Shown piece by piece: positions 47,911-58,338 of a DNA stretch of 64,000 bases (position 1 is its first letter; the number at the start of each line of letters is the position of its first letter). The notes under the pieces were generated by a model. The model was not told the DNA's origin, ran no database searches, and saw nothing but the letters and a program-made list of their open reading frames with translations. Made by a program: the position numbers and the translations under genes. This DNA comes from Camelus ferus (taxonomy: Eukaryota). The DNA lies in contig NC_045711.1 of the NCBI RefSeq assembly GCF_009834535.1, forward strand, positions 11,780,001-11,844,000. Reading direction: 5' to 3'.

Positions 47911-50900
47911 GCCCCTTACCAGCCTCAATGGAACCTGACCAGCGGTCCACCATCTTCTGAATGACAATTTCAAACAGCTCTCCATCCCGCAGGGCCCTGC
48001 CAGGGAGAGTGGCCATCAGACAGGCTCCACTGGGGTGGCTGACCCTGGGCAGTAAGAAGGTAGGGACGTGACTGTCCAGACACTGACCGGTTGGAGATGA
48101 CAATGGCGTCATTGAACTCGCTGCGGCAGTTGTGGCGGAGTGCGGTGCGGCCCCCGTTGGTGATGACTGCGTTGCTACCGTGCAGCTGGTGGAAGCGGAG
48201 GTCGGAGCCCCCGGCCCCTGATGACGGGGAGCTTGGAGATGCCTGGTTGTTCCCCTCAGGGAGTGGCTCAGGGACCGGGGGCACCTCTGCAAGAGTGGAC
48301 ATCATCCATTAGATCTACAGTTGTCTCTGAGGCCTCCCAAGGCCATCCCTGNNNNNNNNNNNNNNNNNNNNNNNNNNNNNNNNNNNNNNNNNNNNNNNNN
48401 NNNNNNNNNNNNNNNNNNNNNNNNNNNNNNNNNNNNNNNNNNNNNNNNNNNNNNNNNNNNNNNNNNNNNNNNNNNNNNNNNNNNNNNNNNNNNNNNNNNN
48501 NNNNNNNNNNNNNNNNNNNNNNNNNNNNNNNNNNNNNNNNNNNNNNNNNNNNNNNNNNNNNNNNNNNNNNNNNNNNNNNNNNNNNNNNNNNNNNCTGCAG
48601 CAGCCCCACCTTGCCTACCTCCCCGCTGCAGAGACCTGGCGGTGCCCCCAACTCTCCCACCTTGAGTCGGTCCAGGTTGTGCCCGTATTCGTCCAAGATG
48701 GTCGTCCCATTGTGCATCACCCCATTCCCAGTCATCATCCAGGTCCCTAGGGGGACAAGGAGTGGCAAAGGATATGCGGAGGGAGCCAGGGCTCCTCCCT
48801 TTATGCAGTGGTCCCCACGTTACTCCCCAAAGCCATTAGCCCAGCCTGTCTTTTCTTTGGCAGTTTCTTTCTTCCCAGAGCAGTTCCCCAGCCAGCCACA
48901 GGCCTTGTCCACAGGCCACTTCTCTGGCACTAAATGAGTGGCTGTCACAAGTGTGACAAGTGAAAGAGGGGCCAGAGACCAAGCATCAGGGCTTTGGGGA
49001 CAGCCCCCTCCCTAAGACCTACCCTGGCCCTGCCCTTCTCAGGAGCTCACCAGAGCGCAAGTTGGTCATGGTGGAGGGCAGCTGGAGGTAGGCAGGGTTG
49101 TGGGTGGTGACGCCGATCTCAATGGAGCCAGCCCATTTGTCTACCATCTTGTCGATGCGCACCTGGAACACTTCTCCATCCCGCAGGGCTCTGCTGCTCA
49201 GCACCACGCCGTGATTAAAGTCATCGGTGGCACTGAGGGCGTGGCAAGTGGGGACTCAGAGCCCAACACACACACTGGGTGTGCCAAAGCTTAGCCCAGC
49301 CAGGCCTGCCTGACACCCATTACCCCAAATCAACCAGCTACACTTTGCGGTCCAGGAGAGTCCCCAGTCCTCCATCCAGGATACCCCAGACCAGACACCC
49401 TCTGCCTCCCACTTCTCTACCCCTCCCTCTAATCCCATCAGAGCCCCTTCCCAGGCTTCTCCACACCCCATGGGCCATACTGGGGCCTCAGGGCTGTGCG
49501 TCCCTCGTGGGTGATGGCTGCCTTCTGCCCACAGTTGGGGTGGAAGAGCAGGCGCTCGGGTTCCGCCTGGGCAGCAGGAGCAGCGCGGCGGAGAGCACCC
49601 TCGGGGGAAAGTGCCCGCAGGATGGCATTGTTCCGGCGCAGACGGTCACTATGGTTGTTATTGTGGACGATGGTCACCTTCACGGCCATCCCATACAAGT
49701 CCACCACGCCGTACACCACTGGGGGTGTCAGTGGGGTAGCCACGCCTGTAGGGGTGGAAGACACAGAGAATGGGGGGATGAGGGGAGAAAAGCCAAAAAC
49801 AAGAAAACTCAGTGACAAACAGACAAGATAAGATATAGCTCCCCCTGTCCGAAAGCCCTGACCCAGCGACCCTCTCTGAGCTTCCCCTTACCCTGATCGA
49901 TGCCATTAATGAAGAAGTGGAGGGCAGAGTTGGACTTCCTCGTGAGACCAATGTGGTCGCCCTCCTATTCAAAGCAGAAAAATAACAAGGTTTCAGATTC
50001 GTCCTGGGAACTGTGAGAACAGAGCGGTCCCAGAGCCTTCCCACTACCCTACGTGACAGGGGAACAGCTCCAAAAGGCTCCCATGAGTCTCAGACCACTC
50101 TGAATGCTCAATGCAAGTCAAATACGGTGTTAAACCACCTTATGACTTGTTAACACTCCTGATGATCTGGCGAATACTACCACCAAGCTCGTTTCTAGAC
50201 AATAAAAAGGGAAAAACACTACTAGAGAAGATAGGCTTCTTGCCTCAGATCACTATACAAGTGGCCTAACGAAAAGAACTGAACCCATCTGAGTCCAAAA
50301 TCTGAGTGCCTAACTGTTGGGCAACCCTGCCTTATCAGAAGGAAGCTTCAGGCAAAAGATAAAGAGCCTTGCCCTAGGTCAGAGACCATGGTACGCAGGC
50401 AGGGATGCGCGGTACCCGGGCACCCCTGGAGAGTGGCCCAGGCTCTGTGCCGCACCCTCACCTGCAGCTCATCCAGACCAAATTCACAGTACTCGCGGCG
50501 GGTGCCCTTGCCATTGGTCAGGATCCCGCAGCCACTCATCATGATGGTGCCTGGGGGGAGCGGATACCATGGTTAGGGTACGGCCTCCCTTGGAAACCTC
50601 AGCGACCGCAGGCCTGTGCCCCCACCCTGCTAGGGTCTGGTACCTGACTGTAGGTTGGTCATGGTGGCTGGGTACTCCAAATTGTTGGGGTTGTGGGTGG
50701 TGACACCAATCTCAATGGAGCCCGACCACTTATCTACAAGCTTGTCGATGCGGATCTGGGGTGGAGTGACAGCAGAAGGGAGAGGCGGGGAAGGTAAAGG
50801 CAGAGAAAGGACCTTCATCCCTTGGGCCTTCCCCAGGTCACCCCCTCTTTCCAGCATCAAGGATCGAGCCCGATCTTTAGCTCCCAGAGGGTGAGGTGCT

Positions 50901-53286
50901 AGCCAGACCCCAGGATCCGGCATACCTCAAACATCTCATTGTCCCGGAGTGGGCGGTTGGTCATGACAACCCCATTGTTGAATTCATCCAGGGGCCGGCG
51001 CCGCTCAGCCGTCTTATTGTTGTTGCTGAGTTTGATGAGGGTTCCACATTTCTCGTGAAAAAGGAGGGCATCGTTGGACGTGAGGATGGGCGACGTGGCA
51101 GCACCGCTAGGCCCTGGTGCTCCCCCTGCTGGGGGGGAGCTCAGGTTCACGTTTAGGAGCCCCCCGTTGTAGGCAGACAGGATGGCGTTGCTCACCACCT
51201 CGGAGAGCTCCATGCCAGCAAAGTCTAGGCAGCAGAACGGAGGAAGGAAAAAAGAAATGAGGCTCTACACCCCCAAGCTTGCTGCTCACTCCCTACCCCT
51301 CTCCTGAGGTCCCTCCCTGTCCACCTCANNNNNNNNNNNNNNNNNNNNNNNNNNNNNNNNNNNNNNNNNNNNNNNNNNNNNNNNNNNNNNNNNNNNNNNN
51401 NNNNNNNNNNNNNNNNNNNNNNNNNNNNNNNNNNNNNNNNNNNNNNNNNNNNNNNNNNNNAATAAGGGTTCAGCCCCTGCTGCCAGGCCCACAGCCAGGA
51501 GACCCCCTCCTCTAGCCCCAGCTCTCCCCCCTTCAACAGACTCCGGGGTCTGAGTGGTCCTGCCCACACCCAGCCTCACTTGTCACTATGTCTCCCCCAT
51601 TCCTGCAGCCATTCCCTTATCCCCACCCCTCCATCACTGCCCTAGATGTGTTCTCACCTTCATCCCCAGAGGTTCCCTGCTCAGCCAAGGCAGAATCTTC
51701 AGGTGGGGCAGAGGGCTCAAGGGGAGGCGTGGGGATGGGAGTAGGGGGATTGAAGCCTGGCTCAGGGGGTAGCACGGTGATCTGGGTGCATTTGCCGTAA
51801 AGGTCCACGACAGCCCAGACCCGAGCGGGCAGGCCCGTGGCGGCCACACCACAATCCCGCCCATTCACCCAGAGCCGCAGCTCCCCCGCCACTGTGCGCT
51901 CCACGCCCACACGGTCCCCTTCACCAAGCTGGTCCAGGTCCTGACCATACTCCTCCAGCACAGAACGTCCATCCCTCAGCACCGAGCAGCCTGACACTAC
52001 CCACGAGCCCCCCTTCAGCCCCGTGGCGCTGCTTGGGAAGTCCAGCACACTGGGGTCCAGTGCCGTCACCCCAATCTCAATGGAGCCACTCCAGGAGTTG
52101 ACCTGTGATGGGGTGGTGGACAGAGGCTCAGGATGGGCCACCAATGGGTCTCCCACCACTAGGAAACCACATTTCACAGGTCACTGTGTCCCCCTCTTCC
52201 CACCTTTCAGACAGCTAACTGGCTTCCTTCTCTTGCAACATGAGGCACCACAATCCAGAGATCTAGTCCCACAAGTAATTTTCTGGACTCTGGTCTCGGG
52301 ATTGTTGGGCCCACTCTCCTCTAGCAAATCTGCTCTGCACTCTGGGTGCTCACTGTCTAAGACACCACGCCTTTCTCCACCACGATAGCTAAATTCCCAC
52401 CACGATAGCTAAATCCTCCTCTAACTTCCCTGGTCTCTGTGGCCCCCTGACCACCCAAATGCAGGCCCTTACAGACCACTCTCTTCCTCCAGGCCTAATT
52501 CTCTCCTAGGCTCTGGCTCCACTCAAATTCACTCTCTTCTCAAATTCTATCTCTGTGCACTCACACATCACGCCCAGACACATACACCTTTCTCCCTCAG
52601 TATCTCTGTTCACCCATCTTTCTGGCCCAACCAGTGACTCTGTCCTCCAAAGTTTTTTTTTCTTCTCTTGGTTATCTGTCTTCTTACCCTATCACACCTC
52701 TGATGTGTCTCCATCTTCCATCCCCCAGAAATTTTCCCAGGATGTCTGTTCCTTAGTCATTACAGTGAATGAGCCCCCATGTCCCTTCCCTGCTCTTGGA
52801 TCTTGAGGAAACTTAAGCTCTCCTTGTCTCTTTCTTCATGAAACTTAATGTTTCTGTTTCATGCTCCTCTCCTGCCCATCAGCTGGTGTCCTGTCTGTCG
52901 GTTCTCTCTCGGTGATGTGGGCTACCCTGGGTGTCCTCCCCCATCTCCCTCTGGTCCCCTCCCACCACCTTTCACATTTCGATTCCGCGGCCCCAGCTCC
53001 GCACCTTGCGATCGATGCGGACCGTGAAGATGCGTCCGTCGCGCAAGGGTTCTCGGCTCAACACAAGCCCGTGGTTAAACTCCTGGCCCGGTTGCTGCCG
53101 CCGCGCTGTACGCCCACAGGCCGACAAGCTCACCAAGCGCCCGGTGCGCGGGTGCAGTTCCCCGCCGCTGCTCAGACCCCCGCCAGACCCCGGTCCTGGG
53201 CCGCTCCCGCCCGGGCCCCCACCCCCACCTGGCCCCGGCCCCGGGCCTCCCCCAGAGCCCCCACTCCCACCCGACCCCGCCGCCAT
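41831..53286 (-). CDS. NEURL4: Neuralized E3 ligase-like protein 4 (six NHR domains, centrosomal)
   Basis: Exons 53286-53005, 52102-51658, [small exon in gap 51329-51460], 51224-50926, 50755-50644, 50550-50462, 49964-49892, 49745-49481, 49232-49051, 48746-48661, [exon in gap 48352-48594], 48286-48088, 47996-47920, 47752-47674, 47335-47160, 47072-46941, 46539-46394, 46309-46085, 45987-45889, 45804-45643, 45438-45274, 44717-44559 (mostly N), 44160-43981, 43864-43777, 43683-43576, 43428-43284, 43119-43007, 42929-42764, 42035-41831. Phases are consistent; [10 protein letters not shown]... to ...ALLVRVE*; repeated NHR motifs ([16 protein letters not shown]). Confidence 0.98.
42263..42410 (-). mobile_element. 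tRNA-Ala-derived SINE in last NEURL4 intron
   Basis: Reverse copy with 12-bp TSD tctcatcttctt at 42251-42262 and 42411-42422. Confidence 0.9.
47878..47908 (+). repeat. (CA)n microsatellite in NEURL4 intron
   Basis: About 15 CA units preceded by degenerate (CA/CG) repeats. Confidence 0.95.
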
Positions 53287-54900
53287 CGCCGCTGACACCG
53301 GGGCCGCGCGACAGCCGCGCTTGGCGGCACCGTGGCAACCGCGGTGCACGGACACCCTGAGGGACTAGGACCAGGGGCTGGGGCCAGATATGCTTTACGG
53401 CACTGCCGGGCAATGAACCATCCCGGGCTAGGGAACTAAGGACTATACAGCGGTGGGAACGGAAAGGACGACGGGGTCGGGAAGGTTTGCTTTACGGCAC
53501 GGGCGAGGTGACAGAGTGGCTTCGAGAGGGGTGAAGACAGGCAGAGAGCTTTTACGACAGTGGAAGAAACGCCTGCCGCAGGCATCTTTACGACGAGGGG
53601 GTTGGCGCCCAAACACTTTCAGCTTTGCGACATTGGCACCGACAACCCAGTCTTCGTCGAGTCAGGCAACACCTTAAAGTATTCGCTTTACGGCAGGAGG
53701 AAGAGGTGTCTCTCCTTCTCGCTGCACGTTTGGAAGTGGTGTGAGCGGGGACCGAGGACCCAGAGCAGGGAGCCGGGACCTTTATAAGTGAAAATCTCTG
53801 CCCTCCACACCACTGAGGCCAGATATGTCTCCCAACACTGTCGCAATTCCTCCACGTTTGTATCATAACTCATGAGAGGCAGAGCGGGCCGAGTTTGGGG
53901 GAAAAAGGGCTCGCGTATGTTTCTGGGCAACCCCATCTTGAACCCTAGTCCAGCGAAACTTGGATTTTGAAGCCACGAATAGAGTGCAAAGGGACCCCGG
54001 GAAGCAGTTTCAGGCATCTTCGGTGGTCCCCAAAGATTGCCCAAAAGCTATTAACAACCCATCAGCACAACTCTCCGATGCTCGCGTTAAGGTTAGGGGA
54101 CTGTGACGTCACAATTAGGCTTCTCACCCCATGACCAGGACCCCTGACTGTAATTGGATAATTCGGATGAGGGCGGTGATGGGGGAAGAAGGGCGGGAAC
54201 AAATCCTAGAAACAAAGAAAGGTCTTTGGGTGAGACAGAAAGGGAGGGGCAAGCGGAGAGTTTCCCAAGCCGAGGGCCCTACTTAGTTTTGATTTTGCCC
54301 CCCGCGGCTCCAGGGAGCAGAGGGAGAGGGGACCCGAGCCTCGCCCAAACTTCTCCCGCGCCCCCTGCGGGGGCGGGGCCTCAAGGGCGGGGCTATGTGA
54401 AGCCGGGAGGCGGGGCGGGGTAGCTGAGAGTGGCCCCCTAGTGGGGCCATGGAGAAGCTGGAATCTCTGCGGGCTGCTGGCGGCCTTAACGGGGAATCTC
54501 CTGGAAACAACATAGTCGAGGCAGGCGCCGGGCTGCCCTCCGTAGTCGTGTTTCACGGTTCTGGGCCCCCCATGCACTCCGGGGGAATCGTAACTCGCAG
54601 TCCTGAATCTGGCCAGCTCTCCGAGGGGACAGAAGTCCTCGGTTCCGGGCTCAACCAGCACCCTGGGGAGGTTGCGGGCCACAGCCTTGGGTCTGGCACA
54701 TACCCTGGCGGAACCAGTGTATTCGGGACGTCCAACCTGGGGTTCTCGGGGCCTGGAATGTACAACTCGGAGGACATTCCGCGCTCCGGGTCAACTCGCA
54801 TGTACCCCGACAAACTCTGTGAGGACCGGCCCCGGAGCATCCTAAAAAACAGCAGCTACGCTGTGATGTATAAATCCCCCAGGGCGGAGAGGTAAGGCGC
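52950..54900. promoter_or_regulatory. Divergent promoter region shared by NEURL4 (-) and the PPP1R2-like gene (+)
   Basis: Start codons 1.16 kb apart (53286 and 54449); CpG-rich; CRE TGACGTCA 54104-54111; GC boxes at about 54369-54420; CTCF-like TGGCCCCCTAGTGG 54431-54444. Confidence 0.75.
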
Positions 54901-57563
54901 CCAGGAGGAAGAGGTTCCGCTCTCTGGGGGAGGCGGAGTCACGAGGAAAGGGGCGGAGTCCCAAAAACTAGAAATGAGAGTAGGTGAAGTTAATTGGGTG
55001 GGAAATCTGAGGTTCCAAGTCTATGTGAAAGTAGCACCGGATAAACCCTGACTACGTAGTACGTGATTATCATCAGGTGTGACTCCATCCCCAGCCTCCT
55101 ACACCTCTGGATCTATAAGTACAAGAAAAAGTTTTCGAATGTTTAAAAGAATGAGAGATGGCTGTGAGGAGGAGATCACCAGAAGGTTTCATCCCCATTT
55201 TTTGTATCCTTCCCTCACCCCAAGGAAAAAGTCTCAGCACTGGGATGAAATGAATATCCTGGCCACCTACCACCCTACCGACAAGGACTATGGATTTATG
55301 ACGGTGGATGAGCCCAGCACTCCCTACCACAGGTGCTGAGCCCTCAGCCCTAGCCCTTTGAGAGGAGTGGGGGAGGCCAAAAGGCCTTAGGGACTGGCTA
55401 CTGCCTGCCGCCCCCTCTCAGGCACTACTTCCTGCCTCCTCTGCAGACTGCGGGGCAGCGATGAGGACCTGCTCGCTGGGACCTCCCACACAGTGACTCC
55501 TGAGGAGCTAGCAGAGAGGTGAGTCTTGCCAGAGATCAATAGAAATCTGCTTCCTCCCTTCACCGTTGAACTCTGGGGTCTGAGCCAGCTCTGCTTTTTG
55601 GCCCCCAAAAAGGGAGGTACTGCAATTCTTATCAGGACTCACCCAGGCCAAGGTGGGGGAGTCAGCCATCCCCATCCATTCTTCTCTCCCTTCCGTGCCC
55701 CCAACTAGTCTCCCTCCCCTTCAGGTTTGCAACAATGGACAATTTCTGCCCCAAGATCCTCCTGTACGGTGATAACAGAAGCTCAGGGTCTTCAGACACC
55801 TTTTCCAAGACACGTGAGATGAGGGACAGGGACTGACTGTAAAGGGGAGGTGGAGTGAGCCTTCTGCAAGAGCCTGGCAGGAAAGCCAAACTCTGACACT
55901 GGCCCACAGAATCCAGTGATTTTGAAAAGCACCGCAAGGCACACTACAATGAAGGAAAGTTCCTCAAGCTTCAGAGAAACCTGCCCTTGGATAATAACAA
56001 GAAAAGCAGTGTGGGTAGTGTCAGTGTGAGCAGTGGGGGTCGAGGTGTGGTGTTGGACCCAGAGCCCAGGCCTGCGGAGAGAGGAGGGGCAGGAGGCCTG
56101 ACCAGAGGAGTCAAAGATGAGTTTGGCCTGGTGACCAGAAACGACATCTTGGAAGCCAAAGGTTAGCTGTGGTTGGGCCCCAGAGACCCAAAGGAATTGT
56201 AATCCAGAACGTTCTCTGGTATAGTCTGTCTTCCTCAGTGAGCATCGGCCCAGGGTCCTGTTGCCTGAAAATAAGTCATGCTGGATGGTGACCCTAGGGA
56301 AGACAGGGCAGCTGAGGTGGGGTACCCATCAGGATAGTCCCCAAGGAAGGCTGGCAGGGGAGGAGGAACAGAAAGCCCAAGAGAATCATGGGAGATGGAA
56401 AGGTCACTGACATTTTCCTAAAATGGGAGGAGGTGATAGAAGTGAGAGGAGAAACTGGGGCTTGAGTTTCTCCCAGTGCTGGGAGGGAGGAGCAGTCACG
56501 ATGATACTGGTGGCCTATCTTCCCTAGGTAGCCATAAGACTCAGATTGATTTGGGTGACTCCTCAGATGCCCTTGCCTTCAGAAATCAGTCCCCAGCTTC
56601 AGCCACCACTGTCGTGTTGGGGAAGGAGACAGATCTGCAACGCAAGGAGTATTACAGAAAAGGAAGATACCTGAGGTGCTCTCCCCACCCTGAGCTTGAG
56701 GAGGACACAGAAGATGAGCAGCAGGCCAGTGAGAGCTGGGCCAGGGCAGTCTGGGGGCGGGAGGGCCTAGAACCAACAGACTTCTGGGTGCCCCAACCTT
56801 AGCCCCGTGATGCTTCCAGGCTCCACAGGCTTGAACTGGGTGATTGAAGATCCCATCAGCACCGAAGTCCGTCTGCTGGACCACACCGGAAGCTCCTCAG
56901 AGGATCCTGAGGCCACAGAGAACTCCCTGAAGGTGACAGTGACACCATCGAAGCCTGGTGAGGGCACCAGGCCACCGTCTCACCGGACTTGGCAAGCTCC
57001 CATGCCCCCCACCCCGACTCCCCACCAGTGGATGGACCACAGGTGATGAGCAAGGCCCTAAACATCCTTGTGTGCCAGTCCACGTTGCATGGAGAGGACC
57101 CAGGGAAGCTCAGAGGGATTGGAACCCCCTTCAGCTTGGCACCACCGCTGCCCCCATGCCTCCTTCCTGATTCCTGTCTGCCACCCTCCCGGCTCCAGGT
57201 ACTGCCCTGTCCTCCAAAGACAGTGGGTCCCGAGCAGTGACTGATTGGTGTCAGTGGCTGGCAACCAAGGGGCTGAACTGGCAAAGCACAGAAGTCTCAG
57301 AGAGGGAACCTAGAAGCATCCCAAATTCCTCAAACCAGAGCCAGCACAGACATGAGCCCCGGCAAGGTAGGGCAAGGGGCTGCCTGTGCTGGCCAGGGAG
57401 AGAGAAGGGCCAAGTGGGTAGGTTCTAGGGAGCCTGAGGGTCACATGGGCCAGATCTCACATCTGCTGCAAGAAAGCCACTAGCCAAACCCCTTCTCTCT
57501 CCAGATGAAACCCTGCGGCTTCGATGGACTCAGGAGGAGGAAACCAGACAATGGAAGATGTAG
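54449..57563 (+). CDS. Protein phosphatase inhibitor-2 (IPP-2/PPP1R2)-family protein with long extensions; likely orthologue of mouse 2810408A11Rik
   Basis: Predicted exons 54449-54891, 55225-55332, 55447-55518, 55725-55813, 55910-56161, 56567 (or 56528)-56728, 56820-56957, 57199-57366, 57505-57563; all GT-AG and in phase, 496 or 509 aa. Kozak gccATGG. Motifs [49 protein letters not shown]. Exons 6-9 are less certain than exons 1-5. Confidence 0.85.
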
Positions 57564-57626
57564 CCAGCTGGGGATGGGGTGGGGGCCAGCCTTCCTCTGA
57601 CCTCACCACCCTCAATCGGTGTGGAC

Positions 57627-57632
57627 AATAAA
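57627..57632 (+). terminator. Poly(A) signal of the PPP1R2-like gene
   Basis: AATAAA 64 nt after the predicted TAG. Confidence 0.7.
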
Positions 57633-57879
57633 GAGAAGACTAGCAGGAGTCTGGGTGCTGTGAATGGGGGGGCCATGCTGGGCCTGAGCAGTCTTTGAGA
57701 AGGTGGGGGAGAGAGGGAAGTTCACACCCAGGAAACCACGAGCAGGCAGAGCAGAGAAGAAAGCTTGGAGTGGTCTGGGGGACTGCAACTAGCACCTAGG
57801 AGTCCAAGAAGGCCCTAACGCCATGGGATGAGAGAGGTTGCTGTGATGCAGTCAAACACACACTTACAATATTGTCTTT

Positions 57880-57990
57880 AATTCTTGCAACAACCCAGGA
57901 GGTAGGAGTTATCATCCCCATCTTTCAGATGAGGAAACTGAGGAGTCGGTCACGCAATCAGGAGAATTTGAACCCGTGTCTCTCAGGTCC
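57880..57990. mobile_element. MIR SINE upstream of ACAP1
   Basis: ccccatctttcagatgaggaaactgagg...gaatttgaaccc. Confidence 0.7.
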
Positions 57991-58338
57991 CCATAACTCA
58001 ACCACTGAAGGAGAATGAAGCTGAGAGAGACCAGGGCCCCCAGTAGGAAGGTGACAGCAGATAGCCTCTGAGGGCGGGGCTGTGGCTTCTCTGATCTCAG
58101 GCCCTTCTCCACCGCCCAGGCCCCGCCTCTACCCCTCCCCGGCACAGCCTGGAAGTGCGGAGTGAGAGCTCCTCCAAGGACACCCCTTCCACTTGGGGAG
58201 AAGATCGTGCCCCCCAGAGGCTCTACCCAGCAGAGGACCCTCTCTTCCCTCCTCCTCAACACCCCTCCAGGGGCAGGGAGTGCCTCCACCTGCATCTCCA
58301 CCCTCCTGGCCCCAGGGCCCTGGAGCGGTCAAGCTGAG

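Noticed and set aside
54206-54840. Antisense ORFs overlapping exon 1 of the I-2-like gene
   Set aside because: No motifs; expected opposite a GC-rich coding exon.
57029-57240. Alternative exon/terminal ORF ([11 protein letters not shown]...GPEQ*) in the I-2-like gene
   Set aside because: It is phase-compatible but needs a 71-nt intron and stops more than 50 nt upstream of later junctions; the 56957 to 57199 to 57505 path gives a cleaner model. Not excluded as a minor isoform.
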